IMG/VR virus record: IMGVR_UViG_2737471826_000010
Location: 1-35,432 of that record
DNA from: a virus
Taxonomy: Duplodnaviria > Heunggongvirae > Uroviricota > Caudoviricetes
Length of the DNA stretch: 35,432 bases
Direction: 5' to 3' (one strand)
Position 1 is the stretch's first letter, and the number at the start of each line of letters is the position of its first letter. Below, piece by piece: positions 1 to 7,903 of the stretch. The notes below the pieces were generated by a model that did no database searches, was not told the DNA's origin, and saw nothing but the letters and a program-made list of their open reading frames with translations. The position numbers and the translations under genes are program-made.

Positions 1-348
1 AGGAAACCCGGGGTGGTTCAACTCGTAGTTGATGCGATCTTTTGTTGGCGACATCGTTGAGATAACTGCGTTTACTAATTGGGCTTCATAACCTAGCGTG
101 CCGTTCACAACATGGGTTTTCTGAGCCACGGCAAACGGGTTCATTCCCCACTGCGCAGCCTGCATTGCCACGGCCATGCAATCAGCTGGTTTCCCGGCGA
201 GGTGCGCCGGTACCGTTACGCGGCTTTGCGCCATTACCTCGGCGAATTTCATCAGTTGGTTCAAGCCGTCTGGGCTGAAAATAGTTGCAGCAGTTCCAGC
301 GATTGCTGTGTCTACTGGTGCGTTGATGTTTGCGATGTCGTTGCTCAT
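1..348 (-). CDS. recT: RecT-family single-strand annealing protein (3' end cut by window edge)
   Basis: ATG at 348 on minus strand, open to position 1; N-terminus MSNDIANINAPVD...KFAEVMAQSRVTVPAHLAGKPADCMAVAMQAAQWGMNPFAVAQKTHVVNG resembles RecT-type annealases; start overlaps stop of the upstream exonuclease gene (ATGA). Confidence 0.55.
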   Translation of the reverse strand, partial: MSNDIANINAPVDTAIAGTAATIFSPDGLNQLMKFAEVMAQSRVTVPAHLAGKPADCMAVAMQAAQWGMNPFAVAQKTHVVNGTLGYEAQLVNAVISTMSPTKDRINYELNHPGFP

Positions 349-1166
349 ATGTACATATCCTGTTTGCGTGCCCACTCAGGGCGTTTAATGATTTCCACAC
401 CGCCCCATTCATCATTGATGCGGCATTCGTGATAGGTATTCAGATCCCTGCGGAACAGAGCGTGCCCGGCATCGACATCCTGCGCATCCAGCTCGAACAC
501 GCGTACCGGATACCGACCACAATCAATGCTTTCGCTCACGGCAAGAAAGAAAAAACCATGCGGCTGACCAGTAACCCTCATTGCGCCTTCGCGGTACATT
601 GCGTCCTGCACGTGGTAGCGGAATTCCTCGATGTGGCGTGCAAAACGGTCCATATCTGCAACCTTTTTCACGTCGACGATCACGTTGTGCTCGTTCAGCC
701 ATTTGTCTGGACGAATTCGGCACAACTCACCCGTCTCTTCATCGTTCCAGTACATTGACGCTTCGCAGTAACCAGGTGCTTCCAACATCCAGCGTGCAGC
801 CGGGTGAGCCATTGTGCTATCACGCATCAGCTCCAGTTTTCGCCACTGCTCGACATCAAGTACCGTAATACCCATATCCGCCACATCACGAAGAAATGCT
901 TCTTCGTCAGCTTTACCTTGTTTTGTCCGACGATCGAATTTCGGTGAAACGATGAAGCGTTTGTCGAATTCTCCAGGTTCCAGAAGCAGACAGTGCAATG
1001 CGGTTCCCATATCCAGTGCAGACTTTTTCTCTTCGTCTTCTGGTGCTGCCTGAACCCATTTAAGAAGCGCCGGATTCTTGGCAACCATGTCAAGTTGCGA
1101 CTTACTCACGCCGTCACCGGCGTGGTAGTCTTCGTTGCTGATGCCGAAATAAATTCCCGGTTTCAT
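345..1166 (-). CDS. RecE-like exonuclease, PD-(D/E)XK fold (exonuclease VIII catalytic-domain type)
   Basis: 273-aa ORF; N-terminal GIYFGISNEDYHAGDGVSKSQL and IVDVKKVADM motif typical of PD-(D/E)XK phage exonucleases; translationally coupled to recT. Confidence 0.55.
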   Translation of the reverse strand: MKPGIYFGISNEDYHAGDGVSKSQLDMVAKNPALLKWVQAAPEDEEKKSALDMGTALHCLLLEPGEFDKRFIVSPKFDRRTKQGKADEEAFLRDVADMGITVLDVEQWRKLELMRDSTMAHPAARWMLEAPGYCEASMYWNDEETGELCRIRPDKWLNEHNVIVDVKKVADMDRFARHIEEFRYHVQDAMYREGAMRVTGQPHGFFFLAVSESIDCGRYPVRVFELDAQDVDAGHALFRRDLNTYHECRINDEWGGVEIIKRPEWARKQDMYI

Positions 1167-1462
1167 GCCGCGTCCTTCTGTCCATCAAGCTGATCCGCCA
1201 GATCCCAGCGGGCGATAATTGCCATTGCCTCTCGCCGGTAGGCATCCATTAGTTCTTCGAACTCAGGGCTGTCTTTAGCGGCCTCCAGCACTTCCTGACG
1301 AACGCCTTTGCCTGTTACAACGTCAAAAGTTGAGGCCAGTTGATGAAGCCGGATACTCTCAATCAGTTCGACTTGTCGGTCATATAGCTGTTCTGACAGA
1401 CGGTAGTCCTTGTCGAATGCCAGCATGATTTTTTGAAGATTTTTCTGCTGATTAACGTTCAT
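1163..1462 (-). CDS. hypothetical early protein (99 aa)
   Basis: ORF in leftward operon; start assigned to ATG at 1462 preceded by GGGAGGG 8 nt upstream, not the track start at 1477. Confidence 0.5.
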   Translation of the reverse strand: MNVNQQKNLQKIMLAFDKDYRLSEQLYDRQVELIESIRLHQLASTFDVVTGKGVRQEVLEAAKDSPEFEELMDAYRREAMAIIARWDLADQLDGQKDAA

Positions 1463-1464
1463 TA

Positions 1465-1617
1465 TCAGCCCTCCCATATCTCGTTATCGTTGGCCACATC
1501 GCGAGCTTCTTTGCTGACGAAAGCCCACTTAATGCCTTCCTGTAAGGTGCGGAACTTCCAGCTCATGAATCCGCATGCAGTAACGCAGTACCAACCGTTG
1601 ATGATTTTCCACTGCAT
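1465..1617 (-). CDS. hypothetical small Cys/Trp-rich protein (50 aa)
   Basis: Below ORF-track size cutoff; ATG at 1617 with GAGGT RBS; first gene after PL-like promoter; stop TGA 2 nt before next start. Confidence 0.35.
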   Translation of the reverse strand: MQWKIINGWYCVTACGFMSWKFRTLQEGIKWAFVSKEARDVANDNEIWEG

Positions 1618-1636
1618 AACTTGTTACCTCGGTCTG

Positions 1637-1651
1637 TTACCGTTGAGGTAA
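1637..1651. promoter_or_regulatory. operator site TTACC-GTTGA-GGTAA (OL-proximal)
   Basis: Perfect copy of the recurring 15-bp palindrome; sits just downstream of the PL-like -10 and 20 bp upstream of the first leftward gene. Confidence 0.6.
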
Positions 1652-1679
1652 TAATTATGCGTATATGGTTTGATGTCAA
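1652..1679 (-). promoter_or_regulatory. PL-like leftward early promoter
   Basis: Minus-strand perfect -35 TTGACA (plus 1674..1679) and AT-rich -10 (plus 1652..1658) with 16-17 bp spacing, flanked by two operator copies. Confidence 0.4.
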
Positions 1680-1698
1680 TAGATATGAGTTAAAAAAA

Positions 1699-1713
1699 TT
1701 ACCCGTTAGGTAA
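1699..1713. promoter_or_regulatory. operator site TTACC-CGTTA-GGTAA (OL-distal)
   Basis: Perfect palindrome copy upstream of the PL-like -35. Confidence 0.6.
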
Positions 1714-1724
1714 TCGAATAGGCA

Positions 1725-1748
1725 ATAAAAAAGCCGCCATAAGGCGGC
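1725..1748 (-). terminator. rho-independent terminator after repressor gene
   Basis: Stem GCCGCC/GGCGGC with 4-nt loop followed on the minus strand by TTTTTTAT. Confidence 0.6.
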
Positions 1749-1770
1749 TTACTTACTGAAAAATATGGTT

Positions 1771-2355
1771 TTATTGTTTGTTTTTTTCGTTCTGGTTGAT
1801 GACAAATTCAATGTAACTTTCGATCTTTGCTTTCTCGGTTTCGGGTAACAATGCGTAGCGCGAGCGATCATAGTTGATGGTCGCAGGGTCATGCGGATGA
1901 ATCAGTAGTTCATATCCGTGACGCCCGAATGCAGATGCAACATTCTCCAGGGTGGAAATGGAAACGCTGACCTCATTGTTTAACAGGCGGCTTATTGTCA
2001 CCTGGGCGACGCCGGATGCGCGGTGAAGTTTTCCCTGAGTTGAAAGGTCGCGGCTTTCACTCATCCAGCGTTCCAGGTTGTGAGCCGCCAGCTGACCTAT
2101 ATCACTCGGGCCGACAGGCTGAAAACCCTCCTGAGAAAGCGAGCGATCAATATCAAGCCAGTTACGGGGTTTATTGGCGGCAGCTTCAATTTTTCGTGCA
2201 ACCTGGTCGCCGATAACCTTCTTGCCAAGAGCCCAGCGGTTTACCAGATTTGCCTGAGTTCCAAGTTTTTCTGCCATCCGCGTCTGAACACCATTGAATT
2301 CACGGTCGATCAAGTCGTTGAGATTTTGCCTGCGGACGTCCTGGATACTTTTCAT
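1771..2355 (-). CDS. CI-like prophage repressor with two helix-turn-helix regions; no peptidase motif seen
   Basis: 194 aa; N-terminal HTH (QTRMAEKLGTQANLVNRWALGKKVIG) and second HTH-like segment (ASGVAQVTISRLLNNE); divergent from cro across the operator; no GDSM or Ser/Lys autocleavage signature by eye. Confidence 0.65.
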   Translation of the reverse strand: MKSIQDVRRQNLNDLIDREFNGVQTRMAEKLGTQANLVNRWALGKKVIGDQVARKIEAAANKPRNWLDIDRSLSQEGFQPVGPSDIGQLAAHNLERWMSESRDLSTQGKLHRASGVAQVTISRLLNNEVSVSISTLENVASAFGRHGYELLIHPHDPATINYDRSRYALLPETEKAKIESYIEFVINQNEKNKQ

Positions 2356-2410
2356 TTTCTGGAAAATCGCCTCATATATGAATCAGTAGATGATTCAATT
2401 TAAAGCAATA

Positions 2411-2425
2411 TTACCCAACAGGTAA
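2411..2425. promoter_or_regulatory. operator site TTACC-CAACA-GGTAA (OR, perfect copy)
   Basis: Perfect palindrome in the repressor-cro intergenic region. Confidence 0.65.
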
Positions 2426-2427
2426 AT

Positions 2428-2473
2428 GCACCTCATAGGTAACTATCCTTGATTTTTGTTACCTTATGGGTGA
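2428..2473. promoter_or_regulatory. two degenerate operator sites plus PR-like promoter
   Basis: GCACC-TCATA-GGTAA (2428..2442) and TTACC-TTATG-GGTGA (2459..2473); candidate -35 TTGATT at 2449..2454 and -10 near 2472..2477; three-site layout like OR1-3. Confidence 0.45.
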
Positions 2474-2509
2474 ATATTTATTATCTGAAATAAATATCAG
2501 GCAATAGCT

Positions 2510-2740
2510 ATGAGCGATAACGGACATTTCGATTTCAAAAAGCACTGGCTTGCACTTACTCCGGATGAGCGTGAAGCCTTCGCACAGGAAGCCGGAACGA
2601 CGAGTCACTATATCCAGACTCACTTAACAGGTAAGCGCAAAATGCCAGGTAAAGTATTGATGAATGGGCTTTTTAAAGCCTGTAAAACAAGACAATGGCT
2701 GCGCTCAAAAGCAGAACTGGCATACTTCTTCTACTCATGA
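2510..2740 (+). CDS. cro: Cro-like small HTH regulator
   Basis: 76 aa, divergent from repressor; HTH-like REAFAQEAGTTSHYIQTHLTGKRKMP; followed by a terminator. Confidence 0.55.
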   Translation: MSDNGHFDFKKHWLALTPDEREAFAQEAGTTSHYIQTHLTGKRKMPGKVLMNGLFKACKTRQWLRSKAELAYFFYS

Positions 2741-2762
2741 TATCCAGCCACAACCCTCTGTA

Positions 2763-2784
2763 GACCGCCATCCGGCGGTCTTTT
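2763..2784 (+). terminator. rho-independent terminator (tR1-like) after cro
   Basis: Stem GACCGCC/GGCGGTC, loop ATCC, then TTTT; a half-degenerate operator copy GTACC-TCAAA-GGTAA follows at 2796..2810. Confidence 0.6.
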
Positions 2785-2890
2785 CATATCTATTCGTACC
2801 TCAAAGGTAATAAAAAACCAAATATGGTTGATCTTTTTTTTGTGTCAGCACAAAATAACCGTAATCCCAATACTAATAACAGGGCTTACC

Positions 2891-3091
2891 ATGGAAATCA
2901 TTACACGTATTGATGCCGCAAAGCGCGGACTTAAACGCTACTACACCGGAAAAACATGTAAGCACGGACATGACAGTGAACGCTGGGTTTACAACGGACA
3001 CTGTGTTGAGTGCACCATGGAATCAAACCGTCGTATCAGGGCAGAGATTAAGCAGATCATGATTAATTCCTCCCCACAACATTCAAGCTGA
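2891..3091 (+). CDS. small Cys/His-rich protein, possible zinc-binding regulator (cII position)
   Basis: Start assigned to ATG 2891 (MEIITRIDAAKRGLKRYYTGKTCKHGHDSERWVYNGHCVEC...); the track N-terminal extension is hydrophobic read-through of intergenic sequence. Confidence 0.35.
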   Translation: MEIITRIDAAKRGLKRYYTGKTCKHGHDSERWVYNGHCVECTMESNRRIRAEIKQIMINSSPQHSS

Positions 3092-3106
3092 TAGCGGAGA
3101 TTAATC

Positions 3107-3922
3107 ATGAGCAGACATGCAACAGATTGGGCCTGGGAGACAGATCCAGGTAGCTCGTCATTAAAGCTCATACTGCTCTCGATGGCTGACAGAGCCGATG
3201 AATATAACCTCTGCTACCCCAGCATAGAACGCCTCGTTAAAGACACTTGCCTGAATAAAAAAACCGTGCAGGCCGGACTTATATCGCTCATGAAAATGGG
3301 GCTTATTTCAGATACCGGGGAGAGAAAGGGAGCGACAAAAAGAGTGCGGGTTTTCTCTCTTAATATAACCAAAAACGGGAACATTAAAGGCAACCGAGAG
3401 GGGGGTAATGAACCCGAAAGCGGTAATGTTACCGAAAACTGGAATATACCCAAAAACGGGATGTTGAATGATCCCAAAAACGGGATGTTGAATGATCCCA
3501 AAAACGGGATCCAGAACCAGTCATATAACCAGTCATTTAACCAAGAGAGGGAGAGCAGGACAAAAAACGGGGATTCTGTGCATCATGACCCCGGCGCAAA
3601 CAACGCCGTGATGAATAACTTTGTTCCTCCTGGTGGGCCAGGGCAATTAGGCAAATTTGTCATGCATGAACAATGGCAGCCATCAGATGACTTTCTTCGG
3701 AAAAGCTCATTGCAGGGGATCTACCTGGACAGTCTGCCAACGGCACAGGAACTTGCAGAGTTCAGAATTTACTGGATGGCTGAGGGTAAGGCATACCATC
3801 AGGCACAGTGGGAGCAGAAGCTGGCAAGGCGGCTGCAGATTAGCAGACAGAAGCAATCAACATTACCTGATAACAACGTTCCGCACTGGAACAGCCCTGA
3901 AGCATGGGAGGATTTCTTGTGA
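3107..3922 (+). CDS. replication initiator, O-like (HTH N-terminus, Asn-rich repeat linker, lambda-O-like C-terminus)
   Basis: 271 aa; N-terminal HTH (LKLILLSMADRADEYNLCYPSIERLVKDTCLNKKTVQAGLISL); central NG-rich repeats encoded by DNA iterons; C-terminal WQPSDDF...IYWMAEGKAY; overlaps downstream P-like gene. Confidence 0.6.
   Translation: MSRHATDWAWETDPGSSSLKLILLSMADRADEYNLCYPSIERLVKDTCLNKKTVQAGLISLMKMGLISDTGERKGATKRVRVFSLNITKNGNIKGNREGGNEPESGNVTENWNIPKNGMLNDPKNGMLNDPKNGIQNQSYNQSFNQERESRTKNGDSVHHDPGANNAVMNNFVPPGGPGQLGKFVMHEQWQPSDDFLRKSSLQGIYLDSLPTAQELAEFRIYWMAEGKAYHQAQWEQKLARRLQISRQKQSTLPDNNVPHWNSPEAWEDFL
3369..3512. repeat. iteron array inside the O-like gene (candidate replication origin)
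   Basis: CCAAAAACGGGA at 3369..3380; 24-bp unit CCCAAAAACGGGATGTTGAATGAT at 3449..3472 and 3473..3496, partial third copy 3497..3512; degenerate copies near 3431 and 3560. Confidence 0.5.
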
Positions 3923-4704
3923 ACAACGTTTTTACCGCGATACAAAACCGTGACGGAGAAGCCCTTTCTCGCATGTCAGGTTATGAGCATCAGTACGTCA
4001 ACAATGACAATGTGGTGAACATGTCAGCAGAGAGGCTTGTTGATGCCCTTTTTAAACAGCTGAAACAACTGTTTCCGGCGGCAGTGGTAACCAACCTGAA
4101 GACGCCAGAGCAGGAAGTTGCTGCAAAACAGCAGTGGATTGCTGCGTTTGCCGAAGGGGGGATCCGAACCCGTGAACAGGTTTCTGCTGGTATGCGCCAC
4201 GCCCGCGCCAGTGAGTCTCCGTTCTGGCCGTCGCCAGGGCAATTCATCAAGTGGTGTAAAGACAGCAAGATGGTTCTTGGCGTCACCATTGACGATGTGA
4301 TGGCGGAGTTTCACCGGTACAGCAAGGAAAAAAGTTTATATCCTGGTGGTCCCGAAAGATTCCCGTGGCGACATCCGGTTATGTACTGGGTCGTATGTGA
4401 TACCCGCCGTGCAATGTATCAGCGCCAGCTTAGCGAGATTGAGGTTGAGAAACACGCGCGCAGGCTGCTCGATGATTGGGCGAAAAAGGTGGCTTCCGGA
4501 CAGCAGATACCCGATCCGGTGATCAGCATACAGGCAAAGCCAGAACCCATGAGTACGCCTCCGGACACAGGGAGAGACGTTTACCATCCACCAGGGCGAA
4601 GTTTCGGGTGCATGCCTAACGCCGCCACCCTTGGGGGAATAACACCGGCGCAGTGGCTGATGGAGGAATACAGGCGGGGAAAGGCGTCAGGATTTATCAA
4701 GTAA
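3904..4704 (+). CDS. replication protein P-like helicase loader
   Basis: Strong resemblance to lambda P central region (FPAAVVTNL...EQVSAGMRHARASESPFWPSPGQFIKWCKDSK versus lambda FPASLANR...EQVNAGMRVARRQNRPFLPSPGQFVAWCREEAS, recalled from memory); true start may be in-frame GTG 3919 with GGGAGGA RBS. Confidence 0.75.
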   Translation: MGGFLVNNVFTAIQNRDGEALSRMSGYEHQYVNNDNVVNMSAERLVDALFKQLKQLFPAAVVTNLKTPEQEVAAKQQWIAAFAEGGIRTREQVSAGMRHARASESPFWPSPGQFIKWCKDSKMVLGVTIDDVMAEFHRYSKEKSLYPGGPERFPWRHPVMYWVVCDTRRAMYQRQLSEIEVEKHARRLLDDWAKKVASGQQIPDPVISIQAKPEPMSTPPDTGRDVYHPPGRSFGCMPNAATLGGITPAQWLMEEYRRGKASGFIK

Positions 4705-4741
4705 TACCAGCGCGATAGCGCATTTTTTTACGTCTCGATAA

Positions 4742-4756
4742 TTACCTTAGAGGTAA
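4742..4756. promoter_or_regulatory. operator site TTACC-TTAGA-GGTAA
   Basis: Perfect palindrome copy upstream of a candidate promoter (-35 TTGATT, -10 TTTAAT) for the 4822 gene. Confidence 0.55.
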
Positions 4757-4803
4757 TAAAATATTCTAAAATCTATTGATTTCGTGTCTTATGTGGTTTT
4801 TAA

Positions 4804-4818
4804 TTACCTAAGGGGTAA
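4804..4818. promoter_or_regulatory. operator site TTACC-TAAGG-GGTAA
   Basis: Perfect palindrome copy 4 bp upstream of ATG 4822, overlapping its RBS and predicted +1. Confidence 0.55.
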
Positions 4819-4821
4819 ATC

Positions 4822-5169
4822 ATGAGAAAACAGATGCAGGCTCTTGGTCGACTCAAAACAGGCCAGATGAACAAAACAGAATCTGCGTATTGCCAGCACC
4901 TTGAGCTGCGTAAACGTGCAGGAGAAATCGTCTGGTATCGATTTGAGGGTATCAAGCTGCGGTTAGCTGACAACACGTTCTATACGCCAGATTTTGCTGT
5001 GATGCTCGCCACCGGCGAGATGGAACTGCACGAAGTGAAAGGGGGATTCTGGACCGATGACGCCAGAGTGAAAACCAAAGTCGCCGCAGATCAGTATCCG
5101 TTCCGAATCATCGGGGTAACGGTTAAGCCAAAGAAAGCAGGTGGTGGCTGGAACATCGAAGAGTTCTGA
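4822..5169 (+). CDS. DUF1064-type phage protein (PD-(D/E)XK-like)
   Basis: 115 aa; YTPDFAV...ELHEVKGGFW core resembles DUF1064 proteins of lambdoid prophages. Confidence 0.5.
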   Translation: MRKQMQALGRLKTGQMNKTESAYCQHLELRKRAGEIVWYRFEGIKLRLADNTFYTPDFAVMLATGEMELHEVKGGFWTDDARVKTKVAADQYPFRIIGVTVKPKKAGGGWNIEEF

Positions 5170-5230
5170 ATCGACGATCTTTTTAGTTATCAATGTAATC
5201 AATAAGTTATGTGGATAAGCGAGGGTAAAG

Positions 5231-5494
5231 ATGGAAAGTAATATCAAAGGGTTAGTTGCCGCCGGGCATGAGATGGCTTCGGAACTGAAAGCAGAATGTG
5301 GTGCCGTTGATATGCGCAGTGTGGCAAAGCTGATCAGCGATTTGGCAACGCAACTGGAAGTGCAACTGGTGCGTGCTAATGCGCTGGCAGCGGAGAATGC
5401 GGTAATGCTCGAAACTATTGAAGCCGTTCGCAGTGTTGCGGATAACTCCAGTGGAATTGCCGGATGGCATTTGAATGGCGATATCGCTACGTGA
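5231..5494 (+). CDS. hypothetical protein (87 aa)
   Basis: ORF with GAGGG RBS; predicted helical; no recognisable motif. Confidence 0.45.
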   Translation: MESNIKGLVAAGHEMASELKAECGAVDMRSVAKLISDLATQLEVQLVRANALAAENAVMLETIEAVRSVADNSSGIAGWHLNGDIAT

Positions 5495-5775
5495 AAAAAG
5501 GCATTACGGACTCACAGGGGGAGCCGTGGGTTGGTGACTGGAAATATGTACCGACAAAAGAGGATTGCAACGACAGACCGAACTATGAAATTCAGGCGTT
5601 ATTCACTGCCCCGCCTGTGCCACTGACACCAGAAGGATTGATTAAAGCAGTGCGTTTCTATGAACAGGTTAAGCGTGAGAATCCGCCAGTCGAAACCGGA
5701 GCATGGAAAGACGCTGTTGACTGGGTGCTCAAAGAGGCTTGCCAGGCTGTAAACATTGGTACCAAAGGAGAGTGA
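5464..5775 (+). CDS. hypothetical protein (103 aa)
   Basis: ORF overlapping the previous gene by 31 nt in another frame; start uncertain. Confidence 0.35.
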   Translation: MAFEWRYRYVKKGITDSQGEPWVGDWKYVPTKEDCNDRPNYEIQALFTAPPVPLTPEGLIKAVRFYEQVKRENPPVETGAWKDAVDWVLKEACQAVNIGTKGE

Positions 5776-5776
5776 G

Positions 5777-5968
5777 ATGAACGGACAAATATCAATTGTT
5801 CGACCGGGAGCATGTGACGATTGCGAGATACGAATGATTATTCGTCTGGCGAGGGGGAAAACAATAACTGCTCTCATTACTCCAGAAAATCTCGCATTAG
5901 CATTAACAGGAAAGTCAGACCTGCCAGTAGAGCTAAAGCTTCGAAATGTTGAGATTAAGGTGAAATAG
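5777..5968 (+). CDS. hypothetical small protein (63 aa)
   Basis: Start assigned to ATG 5777 preceded by AAAGGAGAG; contains CDDCE motif. Confidence 0.4.
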   Translation: MNGQISIVRPGACDDCEIRMIIRLARGKTITALITPENLALALTGKSDLPVELKLRNVEIKVK

Positions 5969-5970
5969 CT

Positions 5971-6516
5971 ATGACCACTATAACCTATAAGAAACAGTAT
6001 CCCAGCGATCAATATCTTAATGAGCTGATCACCAACATGGAGTTTGCTGCAAGGGCACCAGTTGAAGTCGTGAGAGTGATGGCAGCAGAGCTACAGAAGC
6101 GGCGCGAAGCTGATAGTACAGAACCTGTAAGTAATCATGAAGAGTTGCCGCTTGATTATCTCCAAGGTCAAAAAGATGGTCTTGAATGGGCTGCGCAGCT
6201 TGCAGAAGCAAATCACCCACAAACTGGCGACTGGCTTTACGATGACCCGCTGGAGCTGGCTAAAGCTATCAGAAAAGGTCCTGACATGCCTGAATTCGAT
6301 GGACCAACTCCGGTAACTCCGGATGGTTGGATAAGCTGTAGTGATCTAATGCCGGAAGAGCTTGTGGATGTGCTTGTTACTGATGGCGAGCATGTTGAGG
6401 TTAAATGGTGGAATGGTCATATTTGGGATTGTTGGGCACCTCGCAATTCAGATATTAGTTACAAAGATGTAACTCACTGGATGCCATTACCAGAGCCGCC
6501 GCAGGAGGTGAAGTGA
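5971..6516 (+). CDS. DUF551-domain phage protein
   Basis: C-terminal [11 protein letters not shown]...[11 protein letters not shown] matches the DUF551 signature as I recall it. Confidence 0.5.
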   Translation: MTTITYKKQYPSDQYLNELITNMEFAARAPVEVVRVMAAELQKRREADSTEPVSNHEELPLDYLQGQKDGLEWAAQLAEANHPQTGDWLYDDPLELAKAIRKGPDMPEFDGPTPVTPDGWISCSDLMPEELVDVLVTDGEHVEVKWWNGHIWDCWAPRNSDISYKDVTHWMPLPEPPQEVK

Positions 6517-6857
6517 TGGACTATTCACAGTTAAGTGATTTTGAAATTAACAGAATGGTAGGAGACATAATTTTTAAAGGCCTTTGGGCATGTAAACCGG
6601 AAACATCAGGGAATAACACCAACAAATGGTATTACGGAAATACTGATACAACTTTTGAGCCATTAAACCATTTACCTGACTACTGCAATGATCCTAGCGC
6701 CTCATGGCCGATTATTGAGAAACACAGGATTTCTATCTTAGACCAGTTAACTGAATGGTGTGTTGATGCAAAAGGCGTAAGACCAATATTTGATACCAGA
6801 CCTCTCCGCGCCGCCATGATTGTATTTCTCATGATGCAGGAAAATCAGAATGGCTAA
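6513..6857 (+). CDS. hypothetical phage protein (114 aa; possibly DUF2591-type)
   Basis: ORF translationally coupled to both neighbours; family assignment from memory only. Confidence 0.4.
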   Translation: MMDYSQLSDFEINRMVGDIIFKGLWACKPETSGNNTNKWYYGNTDTTFEPLNHLPDYCNDPSASWPIIEKHRISILDQLTEWCVDAKGVRPIFDTRPLRAAMIVFLMMQENQNG

Positions 6858-7188
6858 ATCAGCAGCAGAGCGCAAAGCCGCTCAGAGAGCCAGACAAGCT
6901 GCATCTGGTGTGCGTAAGCTGGAAATTGTGCTTGATGCTCAGGAAATTGAAATGCTGGAGCGTAACTGTGCCACGCGTCGCCCCGGGCGTGCGCCTTACG
7001 AATTTGGTGAGTATATAGCGTTACTGATCCGCCAGGATGATGCACGCGTGCGCGGGCGTATAAAATCGATCAGCAGAAAACGTTGCGGTAAGTGCGGCGA
7101 GAGAGTTCCAGTTAATTCATGCCCGTGTAATGGTGACTCGCAATGCTGGGTGACTAAAGGCTGGCATGAAACGAAATTAATAGTGTGA
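6850..7188 (+). CDS. putative DNA-binding regulator: ribbon-helix-helix-like N-terminus plus Cys4 zinc ribbon
   Basis: 112 aa; basic N-terminus, [18 protein letters not shown], then [21 protein letters not shown]; last early gene before terminator and terS; stop codon lies inside the GTGACATGTCAC palindrome. Confidence 0.45.
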   Translation: MAKSAAERKAAQRARQAASGVRKLEIVLDAQEIEMLERNCATRRPGRAPYEFGEYIALLIRQDDARVRGRIKSISRKRCGKCGERVPVNSCPCNGDSQCWVTKGWHETKLIV

Positions 7189-7196
7189 CATGTCAC
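7185..7196. repeat. 12-bp perfect palindrome GTGACATGTCAC (copy 1)
   Basis: Exact palindrome containing the stop codon of gene 6850..7188; terminator 42 bp downstream. Confidence 0.8.
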
Positions 7197-7237
7197 GAGT
7201 AGATTATGCATGATGAATTTGATGGGTTTTGAATACT

Positions 7238-7263
7238 GCCGCCAACTATGGCGGCTTTATTTT
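7238..7263 (+). terminator. rho-independent terminator between early genes and terS
   Basis: Stem GCCGCC/GGCGGC with 6-nt loop, then TTTATTTT. Confidence 0.6.
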
Positions 7264-7274
7264 GCATGGTATTA

Positions 7275-7289
7275 TTACCACAACGGTAA
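7275..7289. promoter_or_regulatory. operator site TTACC-ACAAC-GGTAA upstream of terS
   Basis: Perfect palindrome copy; a degenerate copy TTACC-ACGGT-GGTTA at 7293..7307 abuts the terS start. Confidence 0.55.
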
Positions 7290-7306
7290 CAATTACCACG
7301 GTGGTT

Positions 7307-7903
7307 ATGATGCCTGCTGAACCTAAAACCTATAAACGCAAATCAACGCAATTTAAGCCGCTCACAGCAATGCAGGAGGCTTATTGCCAGTCATACATCA
7401 AAACGCCTGAAAACCAGACTCAGGCTGCGATTAACGCAGGATTCTCCCCAAATACAGCGGCAGTTAAAGCCAGCGTCATGATGCGCGATGAACGCATTCA
7501 AAAACGGATTGCCGAGTTGATGGAGGAGCGCAACAAACGAATGCGCGTCAGTGCTGATTACGTTCTTATGCGCCTGGTGGAGATCGACCAGATGGACGTG
7601 ATTGATATCCTCAACGACGATGGGAGCCTTAAGCCAATCCGCGAGTGGCCGAAAATCTGGCGCACTACGCTTAGTGGCTTTGATCTGTCATCGACCATCA
7701 TGAACATGAACGAGGATTCGATAGAGACAATCCTCAAAAAAATTAAATGGCCTGACAAGGTGAAGAACCTCGAACTGATTGGTAAGCACGTCGACGTCAA
7801 CGCATTCAAAGAACGCCTGGATGTTAATGTGAATGTGACAATTGCTGATCGCATAGCGGCAGCCAGGAAGCGACTCAAAGAACGTCAGGATGGTAATCAG
7901 TGA
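7307..7903 (+). CDS. terS: terminase small subunit
   Basis: AMQEAYCQSYIKTPENQTQAAINAGFSPNTAAVKAS resembles small-terminase family; start set to ATG 7307 because the track start at 7229 would translate through terminator and operator. Confidence 0.7.
   Translation: MMPAEPKTYKRKSTQFKPLTAMQEAYCQSYIKTPENQTQAAINAGFSPNTAAVKASVMMRDERIQKRIAELMEERNKRMRVSADYVLMRLVEIDQMDVIDILNDDGSLKPIREWPKIWRTTLSGFDLSSTIMNMNEDSIETILKKIKWPDKVKNLELIGKHVDVNAFKERLDVNVNVTIADRIAAARKRLKERQDGNQ

Noticed and set aside
112-432. Plus-strand ORFs 112..432 and 176..388 and minus ORF 182..415 at the left edge
   Set aside because: They lie inside or antisense to the RecT coding frame (1..348, minus), which has a coherent annealase-like sequence and coupling to the exonuclease gene.
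2485-2500. LexA-like palindrome CTGA-N8-TCAG in the cro leader
   Set aside because: Both half-sites deviate from CTGT/ACAG at the specificity-determining position and the element overlaps the cro RBS region; more likely leader sequence than a second SOS box.
5464-5500. Possible -1 programmed frameshift joining ORFs 5231..5494 and 5464..5775 at the A-AAA-AAG heptamer
   Set aside because: The heptamer (5494..5500) begins with the last base of the first ORF's stop codon, so ribosomes terminate before reaching it; the genes are more likely simply overlapping.
7229-7306. N-terminal extension of terS from the track start at 7229
   Set aside because: It would translate through a terminator hairpin and two operator sites into a Thr/Val-rich segment; ATG 7307 with a GGTGG RBS is the credible start.
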